This document shows positions 13,198-26,800 of a stretch of 64,000 nucleotides of DNA, piece by piece. Below the pieces are notes generated by a model. That model saw only the letters and a list, made by a program, of their open reading frames with translations. It had not been told where the DNA came from and made no database searches. Made by a program: the position numbers and the translations under genes. Source of the DNA: the human T2T-CHM13v2.0 reference genome, Homo sapiens; the NCBI RefSeq assembly GCF_009914755.1, contig NC_060947.1; one strand, 5' to 3'. Within the stretch, counting starts at the first letter, position 1. Every line of letters starts with the position of its first letter.

Positions 13198-13691
13198 TAT
13201 CTTGGTTTGGTTCATCTTCTCCCCACCCAAAAGCAGACCCTGAGATGGGGATTTAGAGGAATATTATTTGGAACAGGCCCAGGAAACATGTGAGGGAGAG
13301 AGAAGTGAGAAGGAAGGATGCCAATAAAAGGGGTATTAATGAGAGGGTTACCTCTGTGGGCAACTGGGGAACATTCCTACTCAGGATCCCCTGAGAAATT
13401 GTGTGGAACACTCCTCAGAATTGAGAAGCAAGAAATGGGGTGTTTATCTCTTATCTCCCGTCTCTCTTTGGTTGAGGGCTGCTCTCGGTGCTGTTAACTC
13501 CCTGACAATTTCAGCCTGTCCTGCAGGTAGGCTGAAAATTGTTTTGCAGCCATAGAAAACCCTCAGGCAGAGTCACAAGTGTTTGCAGTAGAAAGTCACT
13601 GTAGGTGTACAGATGACAATAAGGAAACTGTCCACCGAACCTGGGTGGGTCAAGGGAATATAGGTGGGGCACCAACAAAGCAGCTGCAATA
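13198..13691 (-). mobile_element. LTR33-like ERVL solo LTR
   Basis: AAGCAGACCCTGAGATGGGGATTT...GCCAATAAAAGGG...CTGTGGGCAACTGGGG...GGTGGGGCACCAACA; paralogous to 6133-6586. Confidence 0.7.
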
Positions 13692-13929
13692 CCTATATTC
13701 TGCTTCCTTTACCTCTTCTCACTCCCATCTTCCACCCCAACACCAGGCCCATTCTTACCTTGCCTTTCAAATCTCATTTCAATTAGCTCAGTTCCATTCA
13801 GCGACATTCCCTATTGTCTCACACCATCCAAACTCACATGTTTAAATTACCTGCTTGGCCTTCGTAGGTGTTTACTTTGTGATCCTTGGAATAAATAAAA
13901 GTGTAGACATGGCTGTTAATGGATAAGGC

Positions 13930-15040
13930 TTTGGGGAGCCAGAGTAATTGATGTGACTGTGGGTAGGAATAGCAGAAGTCGAGACTAGGAAAGGAGACTG
14001 GGACCAAATCATGAGGCCTGGGGAATTTTGTTAAGGAATGTGAGCTGTGTTATATATTTCATGATGAAGTATGGATTTTAAGTAGTGTGATCAGATAGGC
14101 ACTGGAGATAGGTAACTTCAGAGAAGTATGATAGGAATAGTAATTTGTGTGTGTGCAAGTGTGCGTTTAAATCCCTCTGGGTGATTCTGATGTAGCTCCT
14201 AGTTTTGAGGCCCATTGACACACAGGATGAAAGGGTGGGGAAGCCGTTGAAAGGCAGACATTAGTGAGGGGCTGTGATGGTTAGTTTTATGTGTCAACTT
14301 GTCTGGACTATAGTATCCAGTTATTCAATCAGACACTAATCTAGGCATTGCTGTGAGGGTATTTTGTAGACATGATTAACATTTACAATGAGTTGACTTT
14401 AAGTAAAGGAAAGTATCCTCCATAATCTGGGGAGGCCTTACCCAATTGACTGAATGGCCTTAAGAGTAGAACTAAGGTTTCCTTGAGGAAGAAGAAATTC
14501 TGCTTGTGGACAGTGGTGCAGCTCCTGCCTGGTGGCTCCGAGTCTGCTACCTATCTATAGATTTTGGACTTGTCAGTCCCCATAATCATGTAAGCCAATG
14601 TCGTGAAATAAATCTCTCTTCCTCTACCCCTGATTGTTTCTATTGCTCTGGTAGAATTCAGACAGACATGGGGCATTGACAAAGTTCAAATTGATGAAAA
14701 TCTATATAGGGGCTGTGGGAACAGAGATATGAATTGTGTTTAAGAGACATTTTTGAGATGGAATCTGGAAGTTAGATGTAAGGCTTAAGGTAAGGGTGAG
14801 AAATAGAAAAAAAAATAAGGTAAGATTTATAGTCCTGGAGAGTGCATGGATGGTTATGCTATGAATGGAGATTAAGAACTCAGGAACGATGACATGTTTG
14901 GGATGGGAAAGAAGCCAGTACCTGGGGACATGGCAAATTTAAGGTGCTTGAGGAACTTTGCTATTATGTCCAGCTGGCATTTGAAAATTAGTCTGATTCT
15001 CAGGGTGGAGCTGTCTGGGCTGGAGAGAAGAATATGATCG
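13930..15040 (-). mobile_element. L2 remnant, interrupted by MLT2D
   Basis: Purine-rich reverse L2-like sequence (GAGCTGTCTGGGCTGGAGA, ATGTCCAGCTGGCATTTG). Boundaries approximate. Confidence 0.5.
14273..14668 (+). mobile_element. MLT2D-like solo LTR
   Basis: Starts TGTGATGGTTAGTTTTATGTGTCAACTTG; contains AATAAATCTCTCT near the 3' end. Confidence 0.88.
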
Positions 15041-15526
15041 TTGAAAGAATGTTCTCTTTTTCCTAAATTATTCATATTTCCTTTTTTAGTTCATTTCTAT
15101 TTTTTCATCTTTTTTTTTCATGACAACTGTTTTTCTCAAATATCTGTTGATCTTTGGAGATCAGTTCATAGGCAGGCAGAGGCTGTATTCAATGCATATA
15201 CTGTGTATAACTGTGGGGGGTAGGATGAAGACCCATTGACATGTGTACCTAAGACAATTCTTTAATAAAGTACCCAGAGCTTTTCCATTCTTTACATTAA
15301 TAGGCTCTAGTCTTGAGCCCTTGAAGATGGCTGACATATTTTAAGTTTCTGTTTCCTGCCTTCCTTTTCCATAAATTCAATCCCATGTGCTTTTCCTTCT
15401 TCTTGGGTTTCAAAATTTTTAGTTCAATTCCAGTTTTCTTTTTAAATTTCTTTTCTTGTGTTATGATTTAATATTTTGTATATTAAAAAATTGTATTTTT
15501 CTTTCGTTGGTATCTTAGAGGAGAAG

Positions 15527-16004
15527 TGTGGTGGATATTCTACATTTGCCTCTCCAGATTCACATTACGCCCAACTCTGCCCTGCTCTGTGTCTCAGGAG
15601 CTGACCTGTATGAGCTGCATCAATAGGCCCTTTTGCCCTCCATTTGGGTTGAGTTCAGCTAACAGAAGGCATTGACAAGAGACTGGAAGGCAGGAAATAA
15701 GAGAGAGGTTAGGTGAGGCCAAAATTTGGTAAGGGCTTCATTACTCTACCTATAGCTCCTATTCAACAATTCTCTCCTACAGCCACAAGTCTCATCAGGT
15801 TCTGGTAACTGCTCTCTCCCCTTGCCCACTCCATGCTAGGGATGGTAGTAGCTTAGTATTCTTGCTGAACCTGGGGTGCTTCACTATTCCTTGTTGATTT
15901 CTCTTAATCCTACCTATACCTTGTAAGAGTCCCTTAACTGAACTCTTTTAAATCATACTTTTTGAGAGTTCCCTCTAATTCCTGCCAGAATTCAGACCTA
16001 TACA
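15527..16004 (+). mobile_element. LTR40/LTR41-like ERVL solo LTR
   Basis: TG...CA ends; TTTGCCTCTCCAGATTCAC...CCCTGCTCTGTGTCTCAGGAGCTGACCTGTATG resembles the recalled consensus. Confidence 0.6.
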
Positions 16005-16124
16005 GGAGTGGAGAAAGATACGTGAATTAGAAGCCCAGTGAAAGAGATAATGAGGGCATTTGGAGGTTTTCAATACCTATTATTTAACTTGAAATGACCG
16101 ATTTTTCCATTTTTTTATTGTTGA

Positions 16125-16395
16125 GACACAATCTAAAAGTTAAAATTCCAACACTGGAATCAGATTGCTTGGGTCTAAATACTAATTCCACAGGTACTAG
16201 CTGTGAATCCTTGGAAATTTACCTTACCATTTTGAGCTCCAGTTTTTTTGTTTTTAAAATAAAGATCATAATAGTATCTACCTCATTGGTGCTATTGTGA
16301 AGATTAACTAAGTTACTGTAAGTGAAATGCTCACAACAGCTCAAAAAAGACACATTAAATGTTAGCTGCTATGATTATAGTTGTTATCACTATTA
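16125..16395 (+). mobile_element. MIR SINE
   Basis: CTGGAATCAGATTGCTTGGGTCTAAAT...ATAATAGTATCTACCTCATTGGTGCTATTGTGAAGATTAA...AAATGTTAGCTGCTAT. Confidence 0.8.
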
Positions 16396-16965
16396 TTATC
16401 TCTTCTTCTCATTCTCCTATCTAACATGTAATAGGCAGCATGACTCAGCACCGCATTTAGATCTAGAAGGACTATTTTCTTTACAACAGGCTGCCGCTTT
16501 GGTTTCCTGTGCAAAATTATTTAGCTGAACAGAGAGAAACTTAACACTTTCATCAATTCTAAGAAGTTCCCACGTTCATTCCATTTGTTGTACCCAGCAT
16601 GCTAGTGCCCGTGCCAGGATTCTTGAATTTTCGGTCTTCTTTCTTCTTTTCAACCCTCTACAACCAGGCAAAATTCTAAATTATGCTCTCTACCCCAGTA
16701 AAGGAAAACAGGGCTTCTGTTGCCTAAACTTGAGTGCATGAGTTTGGTGAGGGAGAGTTCTAGCCTCTATACTCTGGTGTCATATGCCTGTTTCGTCAAG
16801 CCCATTCTCTTCTCAGTGTAATTGGTTTCATGCCTGACGGAGATGGAAAATCTAGGGATTTTACAGTTTTCAGATCTGCAGCTAACATTCTGGAGACTCT
16901 ACAAACAAGACACGATGGAGTGTGAATTAGTTACTACTCAATGATGTTAACAGAATAAGAATCCG

Positions 16966-17495
16966 ACTTAGTCAAGGTTCTTTTAGTTGTAAGTAATATA
17001 AACCCACTCAAACTTGTTTCTGCCAAAAGGAGGAATTTATTATGAGAATACAAGGATAACCACAGAGCTCAAGGGCAGGAAGTAGAGCTAAGCTTCTTTG
17101 TGAATTGGAACCATGAGTAGAAAGCTGTAACAGCAGGTTTAGCTTGTCTGTCTCACTGCTTGTTCTCTTCCTATGTGGCTTTCTCACTCTTTATCTCCAT
17201 GCGTAGAAGGTAATAACTGGCCTGCAGTTCACACATTTACTTGTTTCCCTTCCAGCCACAGGAAGAGATTAACCAGCTATTCAGAATCTCAATTGTATAT
17301 TCCAAGGAGACAGACTGTGATTGGATCAGTTTGGGGGCAATGTCTATCTTGGATCCAATTAGCTGTGATCTGAGGCTCAAGGTCACATAATACAATCATG
17401 GCTTTCAGAGTCCTATCTCTATGGATGAAGGGAGCAGTTCTCAGAAGAAAAAAATGGATAATTTTGGGATAGATGGAGATCATTAAAGGTCTCTC
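16966..17495 (-). mobile_element. MLT1J/K-like MaLR LTR
   Basis: TTAGTCAAGGTTCTTTTAGTTGTAAGTAATATAAACCCACTCAAAC...GATTGGATCAGTTTGGGGCAATG. Confidence 0.6.
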
Positions 17496-17946
17496 CTTCA
17501 CTTTCATTTTCCTCTTTCCTCTATTTTTTCCTAGTCTCTCATGGGAGAAACCAATTTTCTTATATGATTAAAAAAAATTAAAAAACTCTTTTCACTCTTT
17601 TAATAATTTCTCCATACTACTAAAGTAACTGAATGTGACTCATAAATTAGATCTTAAATTACAAACCACCAGGATCTTGGAATTTTCTGGAACTAGAGAC
17701 TGTAGACATTAAGGGTTCCTGGCAATTTAAAGCCAAGTTTTGTGTTCATTAGTTTGGGTATTTAGTGGGTATTGCAAATATCATTATGCTTTGTGAAAAA
17801 GTCAAAGTATCTTCTTGGATTTTATTATTTCTTCTAGAGACTAGCTTGATGGAATGTTTGTCATGTTATTGATGTGCTGTGGTCTGAAGTGAGAGGTCAG
17901 TCTCCCAGTTGGGATGCAGTTACTTCCTTAGTTCAGGATGTTGTAA

Positions 17947-18647
17947 TGTTACAGTAGGTAGTCAGGCAGACACGAGCAGGGCAGGGAAGCAACCGCCATC
18001 CCACCAGGAATGTCAGGCAACCATCAGGTGATGGTCAGGTGGTTATTAAGCTGTCTCTCTAAAATAATAATTGGTTGCAGCCAGTGCCAGGGAAAGGCAG
18101 TCTCCCAATAAACAGAAACACCTGAAACTGGTGATCAGCAGCTTCCCAATATCTCAAGAGTTGGGTGAATGGGCTGAAGCATGTGCACTAAGAGTCAAAA
18201 TGGCAGTGTTTAACTGGTATATGACCTTCTAGGGATGTTTGACTGGTTCCTATGGAGAGGAAGAATGCCTCAAGTGGGCATGCATACAACTTCAGTAAAC
18301 ACACCATGCATGCTCACTTCCCAAGTGCTAGCAGGCCACTGCACATATGGACAGCCCACCCCAAGGGGAGAAGGGACACAAGACCCTGGAAGCATGCCAG
18401 CATATAAAACCCCAAGTCAAAAGGTCAAACCATGCACTTGATCTCGCAAGTCACCTGTTGGCCCTCTTCCAAGTGTACTTTACTGCCTTTCATTCCTGCT
18501 CTAAACCTTTTTGATAAACTTTTCACTCCTGCTTTAAAACTTGCCTCAGTCTCTCCTTCTGTCTTACTCCTGTCAGTTGAATTCTTTCTTCTGAGGAGGC
18601 AAGAATAGAGGTTGCTGTAGACCCCTATGGATTCACTGCCAGTAACA
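17947..18647 (+). mobile_element. MER50 ERV1 solo LTR
   Basis: TGTTACAGTAGGTAGTCAGGCAGAC...GCCAGTAACA with perfect 4-bp TSD GTAA (17943-17946 / 18648-18651). TATAAAA at 18403-18409. Confidence 0.9.
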
Positions 18648-20206
18648 GTAACCTATTTATGGCCTGACTATAGTTTGTTCTTGTGAGTTGGTACCGTGAG
18701 TACAGCCTGGCTGTAAGAATAGGATGAGGATTTCTCAGCAGTGACAACAGTAGTGGCAGTAGCAGAGAAGAAAGAATGACTATGTGATACATTGAATACT
18801 CAGCAGTATCTTACAGAATATTGCAAGATATCCATCACTTTACGTGTGTGAAGGCAGATAATCATCATTGGGCAAAATTCTTCATGATTTTGGGATTTGT
18901 ATGTTGGTGAGGACCTTAAGATAGTACTTGGAACAGTCTCAAGAAAAATGACACAGGTTTCTAGGTACGATCTTCCCTTCTTTCCAGGTTGGCCTGTTTT
19001 CACTTTGTGTTTTTGAAGAACATCATGCACTTGTCATTTTGCTCAGTGTCAATCCCAAAGCATCAGTGTAGTCATGAAAGGGTAATCTCTTTCAGCAGAC
19101 TGAAAAGGAAGACCTACAATATGGGGAAGATGAAACTCTGTTGCTTTACAATAGTCAAGCTGTACATCAGGGGCGATCTGATTAAACAACTTGGACAGAG
19201 AGACAAAGAAACTGCTGTGAGCTCTCTGTGGAGCACCTTTCACTTTAGAAGTTTCTCGTTCTCAAGAGTCATCTTCTGTCTAGCAAATAGCACCAACAGC
19301 AATTAGATACTATGCATTCAATGGATATTTTATCTTCTGCCTTTTCTTATTTGTTTTCGTTGTTGAAATAACAAGCTTTGAAAATATCATCGATGTCAGA
19401 GGCATATGCCTTGACCTTCACCACTGGGTCCTGCAAACCCACAGGGAAAGCAGACAGCACAGTGAGTGAGGGCTTGATCCAACGCGGGATTTTAATTTAT
19501 CGTTTCTGGAAAACAAACTGTAAAATGGATGCCATAAGAGGTACGAGTAGGTGTTGCTGCTGATTAGTGGGTTTAACCACATATATCTTCTTACTGGCCG
19601 AGTAAATAAAGTCACCACCCAGAGCATTTAAGATAATAAACCATGAGAAACCATAAAGTAATGAAATGTACTTTTTCTACTAATTATCTAGCACTGCTTT
19701 TACTTCACTGTGGTTGAGTAGGGGAGTGGTTTTTATGAGGTTGTATTATACATTTTTTAAATAAATGTTTATTGAGCACCTACTATGTGCAAAGGATTAT
19801 CTTAGGCCTTGTATAAATAAACACCAGCACACAGAGAGGTATAAAAAGGGACAAGTGGCATTACAAGTAGAGGGGTGAGTGTAGAGATTCTCATTTATTT
19901 CTTGCTGCCTTTGTCTCACGCTGATTCTTCTTTTTTCATTGATCTGAAAGGACATACTGGTAACATGAAAGCTCATTAATTTCTCCTGATCCCCTTATTA
20001 TTTCTGTGGCAAAGAAGCTCTTAGAACTTGTGCTGACTGGAGAGTGGTGAGAGCCTCCTTGCTGATAACATTCTCCTAAGGCCTGGGTGTAACTACAAGA
20101 GAAAATACCACTTTAGTCCAGGAAGCATTTGAATTGATTTTGGTGCACCCACACTGACTTCAGTAATACACCATTCTCTAGAGCACAGGCTTTCAGGAAA
20201 CTCAAC

Positions 20207-20645
20207 TGTGATGGATGCCATGATGTGCTGATTGCCCTTCAGAAATGAAGCGCTTACTCCTCCAGTTGCTGGGAGTGCTGCCTGCAGACTGTCTTCAGCT
20301 GTCAGCCTTTTTGGAAATTGCCTCCACTGAAGAAGACTGCCTCACCTGAGATCTCACCTCCTTCCTGGGGAAGTTTGTATACAGTGAGCAGTGTACAGAC
20401 ATGAAAGTCCGACCTCCTTGTTTTAACCTGATATAACCCTGAAGGGCCATCCCAGATCCAGAGCTACCCTAGGGTTGGCTGAAACTTTTTTGGGCTTTCA
20501 GAACAGCCTAACTTCTCCTTATGCCCACTCTTGCTTCCTTCCCCTCCTCTTCACGGGGCTGAACATCTAACACGGCACCTAATACATGTCGAGACATGCT
20601 CATCTCTGTCTCAAATTCTGCTTTCCAGAAACCCAAACTGTGATA
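20207..20645 (+). mobile_element. LTR16A-like ERVL solo LTR
   Basis: CCCTTCAGAAATGAAG...GCTGGGAGTGCTGCC...CAGCTGTCAGCC with perfect 5-bp TSD TCAAC (20202-20206 / 20646-20650). Confidence 0.85.
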
Positions 20646-21310
20646 TCAACCCTCCAGAACACAGCCTGAACTCAGAAGCAGGTAGGAAAGGAACATGAGA
20701 AACTACAATAGTCATCATGAAGCTCTTACGCAAAAGGCTTGGGGACCAGGCGAAGCAAAATAGACACAGAAATAAGTAAACAAAATATTCTCTGTTCCTG
20801 TGTGGGCTTGATGAGTGCCTGGACAGTGGCTGAACGATGCTAACGATGTCTCCACAGTGTAATGAGAACTGGCAGATTGGGATGGAGTTGGGAATGGGCA
20901 TGAATGTGGTAGCACTTTGCTGGAGTAGTTCCTGTAGCTGTTTGCAAGCAGAAAGACTCCAAAGGTAGGATCTCTGAGCCTGATGGCTATGTGTATGGTC
21001 TATGCACCTTTCTGACTAATGTATTTGTTAGTTTTGAGGATTGCATATGCATTCTGATACCATTAGCATATGGTATTAAGAAATGCCTGTGAAAACTCTG
21101 GCTTTTTAGAAAGGATGAAGGGTTTGAAGATATAATAAAGGAAAGAATGAAGGGAAAGAACTGCCTCTAAAAATTTTAAAGGGTGGGAGGATATGGTAGA
21201 AATCTAGCTCAATGATGTGTATAGGCACCTACTATGTTAATAATTGCTTCAAGGCTAGTGTTGGGAAGTGGATGATGGAGTCTGAGGAGAAAAGTCAAAC
21301 ATTCGTGCTA

Positions 21311-21899
21311 TGGAAGCGGCTACATTGTCTGGGGTAAATACCCGGGGTTCGTATTCTCCTGCCAAAATATTTAGGACACGAACACACACGAGGAGTTTAG
21401 GAGCAGAGGTTTAATAGGCAAAGAGAAAGAAAGAGAATGGAAAACAGCCCTGTCTCTCTAGTGAGAGAGAGGGGCTTTTGAGAGGAAAAGCCTGGCCAGC
21501 TGCAGATGCACCAGATTTTATAGTCAGGCTAGAGGAGGTGGTGTCAGTTTACATAGGGCTCACAGATTGGTTGGATCAGGTATGGCGTTTCCATAGCATG
21601 GGGAAGGCTGGCTGCCCCACCCTAATCTTATTATGCAAATAAACTTGCCCCTTGACTGGCACCATATTGTCTGTTCCTTACTGTACTCATGGCTGACAAA
21701 GAGAAGGGAAGATGGCGCCACCATTTTGAACATGATTGGCACAACTGCCAGCATCTATGTCTGCAGCTTGATTTTACAGGCTGTTCTTTGTTAGAAAGGA
21801 AAATGATTTGGGGCTGCATTTCACTGAAAGGAAATCCTTACCGAGGACTTCTGTACCCTCACTATCTGTGTGAGTAATTTCTTCTTAACTCCTGTATCA
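21311..21899 (-). mobile_element. MER61-family ERV1 solo LTR
   Basis: Reverse complement starts TGATACAGGAGTTAAGAAGAAATTAC and ends ...CCCCGGGTATTTACCCCAGACAATGTAGCCGCTTCCA. CCAAT, TATAAAA and ATTAAA occur in LTR order on the minus strand. Confidence 0.85.
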
Positions 21900-21934
21900 C
21901 AGTGGAATTAGAGCATGATGTTGGAAAAGTAGGG

Positions 21935-22035
21935 GCTGCGTCCCATTTGTTCACCTTTCCATGACTAGTGTCTAGCACAGCCTCTGGTACATAGTTGGTG
22001 GTCATTACATGTTTTTAGTGTGAATGAATAAATGT
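21935..22035 (+). mobile_element. L2 3' terminus
   Basis: CTAGCACAGCCTCTGGTACATAGTTGG...TGAATGAATAAATG tail. Confidence 0.65.
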
Positions 22036-23390
22036 ACTGTGATAGTAGGTGATTGTAAATATATGAGGACTTCAGGAGAAGGAACATATTATGGGGTTGA
22101 ATTAGGAAGCCTTCATGGGCTTCGAGATGGGCATAAATGGTAGTGAAAGATTTGGAATGGGAAAGAATAGTATTCTAGGCAGAGAGGCTGGAATTTGAGG
22201 GTTGAAAATAAAAAAATGTTTATAGGAGAACAAGTTCTGATTTGGTGACCAAGAAAAGAGAAGGGCCTAAAAGTAAGGTGAGATCAGTGAAGGGAGGCCA
22301 TAGGGGCTCCATCTGGCCTTGATCTGATGATCAATGAGGAACCATCCAGGGCTCTTCAAGAGAGGACAGAAAGTGGAATTTTACAAATGGGTATATCTCT
22401 ATCTTGTTTTATAGGATTTGTGTTTTCTAGTTATCATTTTTATCACCATCACTATCACTACCTTCAATTAATATTTAATACACAATCTATTAAAAAATAA
22501 TCAAATTCTTTGTCAAATTTGATGAATTGACCACATTTCCTCTTTCTCCCAACACCAAAAATGATGTGATGGAATAAAAATGTGTAGACTCATGGCATGA
22601 ATAGAATGATAGGGAAGGCTGGAGCAGGTGAGATATTTCAACACATTTCTGGAAGACAGAAAATGCATGCAAGAGTTTATACTAATGAAACACACAAAAG
22701 ATGCCATAGCTCATATCGTACACGGAGGAGCCACAGTTAGGGAGGACTGAACCTGTCCTGCTGAACTACAAATATGATGGAGAGTTAAGGGCGATACATA
22801 AGGGATTAATTGAAGTCTGGATATGAAACAGAAATCTCACCCATCCATCTTGAAGGTGGTGCATGCAGTATGTATATCACTCAAGCAGAAAAAAATTACA
22901 GAATTCTCAAAATAAGTGAAATGTCTCTGGATTAAAAAAAAAATTTCTACATTCTGACATTTAATGGCTGCACAATCAATGGTCTCCAAATATGCAGAAC
23001 TCCTCTCATTTATTCCTCCCCCTGCCAAGTGGGCATTTAAGGAAAATCTATACTATGGAGCAGAGACACTTAGATAAACAAATAGAAAAATATAATTTCG
23101 AGGTGAGAGATACATTGAGAAACAAAAGACAGTTTGAAACTCAGAAAGAATATTATATTAACAAAACAAATAATACAGGATACTATAAAAAGGGAACAAC
23201 CTGAGAACAAGAAAGAATGCTTAGAAATAAAAGAACATTGTGAAATAAAAATATGTATAAAAGAGTTGAAAGATATGATAAAGAAAATATTTTAAAAAGG
23301 AGAATGTGTCTGTCAGGATTTTACCAGGGAAACAGAGCCAGTAGGAGATCTATAGCTATATTTATCTATCTAGAAGTTGTCTTATGTGGT

Positions 23391-23882
<492 letters not shown>

Positions 23883-26800
23883 CTGGCTTATGTGATTGTG
23901 GGAGCTGACTAGATAAGTTGAAAATTCATAGGGCAGGCCAATAGGAAGAGTAAGCTGGAACTCTTGGGCAGGAGCTGATGCAGCCATTCACAGGTAGAAT
24001 TTCTTCTTCTTCCTTAGAGAAACCAGTTCTGCTTTTAAGGCCTTTCAACTACTTGGGTCAGGTCTACCCAGATTATGAAGGATAATCTCCCTTTCTTAAA
24101 ATCAACTGATTGTAGATGTTAACCACATCTACAAAATACATTCTCATCAACACCCAGATTATTGTTTGGATAATTGGGTACTGTAGTTTAGCCAAGTCAA
24201 CACATGAATCTGACCATCACAAATGACAACAACAAGAAAACAGATAAGACAGAAGATCCATTCAGGAGGTCTAACCTAACTGATTAGGCGTTTCAGGAAG
24301 AGAAAATAGAGAAAATGAGAACGGAAAGGTTATCAAACTAACAATAGAGAAAGAAAAACTAATTCCAAAACTGAAATGTCAGGAGTACAAATATCCACAT
24401 TGAAAAGCCTATTGAGTACCCCCGGCAGGGAATAAACATACAAATAAACAAACAGAACCATCATCTAGAGAAATCACCAAGAATAAAGTTAAATTCTTAA
24501 AAATTTTCAGAGGGTGGAGAACAATGCCATACAAAAAATGAGAATCAGATTGGTCTCAGACTTTTCATTATCAACCCTAGATACCAAAGGGTAATAGAGC
24601 ACTGCCTTCTAAGGTATGAGAGATAATAATTTTCAACCTATAACTTGTTAACCAATATAACCCAATCTGTTACTCAAATCTGAGGGTAGACAATTTGAGA
24701 AATTTCAGAAAACTTGTTTTCTATATTACTTGAGGATGTACTGTGGTAAAGTAAGGGTGTAGCCAAGAAAAAGAAAGACATGGGATCCAGTAAATGGTGA
24801 CATCCCAGGACAGCAGGGAAGGAAAATTCCAGGATGACAGCTGTGCCATCAGACCAGCGAGATGGAGCAGGTGGATGAAAAACTGAGAGAAGGAGCTTTC
24901 CTTAAAACACACATACCACACAACACCATGATAGGATGGAGAGTTTAATCATTTGCTTGAAAGAGAGGCATTGCAAAGGCGATGGGAAGAAACTATTATT
25001 TTTGTTCCCAACTTTTATCTTAAGTTCAGGGGTACATGTGCAGCATCACGTGCATCAGGGGTACATAGTGCAGGTAAATGTGCACTATGGTTTGCAGCAC
25101 AAGTCATCTCACCACCTAGCCCAGCATCCATTAGCTATTTTTTCTGATGCTCTCCCTCCTCCCACCCCCAACCCTCCAACAGGCCTCAGTGTGTGTTGTT
25201 CCCCAACCATGTGTCCATGTATTCTCATCATTCAGCTCTCACTTATAAGTGAGAATATGCAGTATTTGGTTTTGTGTTTCTGCATTAGTTTGCTGAGAAT
25301 AGTGGCTTTCAGCTCCATCCATGTCCCTGCAAAGGACATGATCTCATTCCCTTTTATGGCTGCATAGTATTCTATGATGTATATGTACCACATTTTCTTT
25401 ATCCAGTCTATCATTGATGGGCATTTAAGTTGATTCCATGTCTTTGCTATTGTGAATAGTGCTGCAATGAACATACATGTGCATGTGTCTTTATAATAGA
25501 ATGATTATATTCATTTGGGTATACATTCAGTAATAGGATTACTGGGCTGAATGGTATTTCTGCCTCTAGGTCTTTAAGCAATTGCCACACTGTCTTCCAC
25601 AATGGTTGAACTAATTTACACTCCCACCAACATTGAAAAAGCGTTCCTTTTTCTCCACAACCTCACCAGCATCTGTTGTTTTTGGACTTTTTAATAATAG
25701 CCATTCTGACTGTTGTGAGATGGTATCTCACTGTGGTTTTGATGTGCATTTCTCTAATGATCAGTGATGTTGGGCTTTTTTTCATATGATTATTGGCAGC
25801 ATGTATGCCTTCTTTTCAGAAGTGTCTGTTTATATCCTTTGCCCACTTTTTAATGAGGTTGATTTTTTCCTGTAAATTTTTTCAAGTTTCTTGTAGATGC
25901 TGGATATTAGGCCTTTGTCAGGTGCATAGTTTGCAAAAATTTTCTCCCATTCTATAGGTTGTCTGTTTACTCTGAGGATGGTTTCTTTTGTAGTGCAGAA
26001 GCTGTTTAGTTTAATTAGATCCCACTTGTCAATTTTTGCTTTTGTTGCAATTGCTTTTGGTGTCTTCATCATGAAAACTTTGCCTATGCCTATGTCCTGA
26101 ATGGTACTTCCTTGGCTTTCTTCTAGTGTTTTTATAGTTTTGGGTTTTATATTTAAGTTTTTATCCATCTTGAGTTGATTTTTGTATATGATGTAAGGAC
26201 GGGGTCCAGTTTAAATTTTCTGCATATGGCTAGCCGGTTCTTCCAGCACCATTTATTAAGTAGGGAATCCTTTACCTATTGCTTGTTTTTGTCAGGTTTG
26301 TACAAGATCAGATTGTTGTAGGTGTGCTGTCTTATTTCTGGGTTCTCTGTTCTGTTCTATTGGTCTATATGTCTGTTTTTGTACCAGTACCATGCTGTTT
26401 TGGTTACTGGAGCCTTGTAGTATAGTTTGACATTGGGAAGAGTGATGGCTTCAGCTTTGTTCTTTTTGCTTAGGATTGTTTTGGCTATTCAGGCTCTTTT
26501 TTGGTTTTATATAAATTTTAAAATAGTTTTTTTCTAATTATGTCAATGTCAATGGTAGTTTAATAGGAATAGCAATGAATCTATAAATTGCTTTGGGCAG
26601 TATGACCATTTTCATGATATTAATTCTTCCTATCTGTGAGCATAAAACGATTTTCCATTTGTGTGTGTCTTCTATGATTCCTTTGAGCAGTGGTTTGTAG
26701 TTCACCTTGTAGAGGTCTTTCACCTCCCTTGTTGGCAGTATTCCTAGGTATTTTATTCTTTTTGTGGCAGTTGTGAGTGGGACTGCATTCTTGATTTGGC

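Noticed and set aside
6133-13691. Two co-oriented LTR33-like LTRs ~7 kb apart as the ends of a provirus
   Set aside because: The intervening DNA is L2, L1, MIR and MLT with no gag/pol remnant, and the first LTR has L2 continuing on both sides. They are independent solo LTRs.
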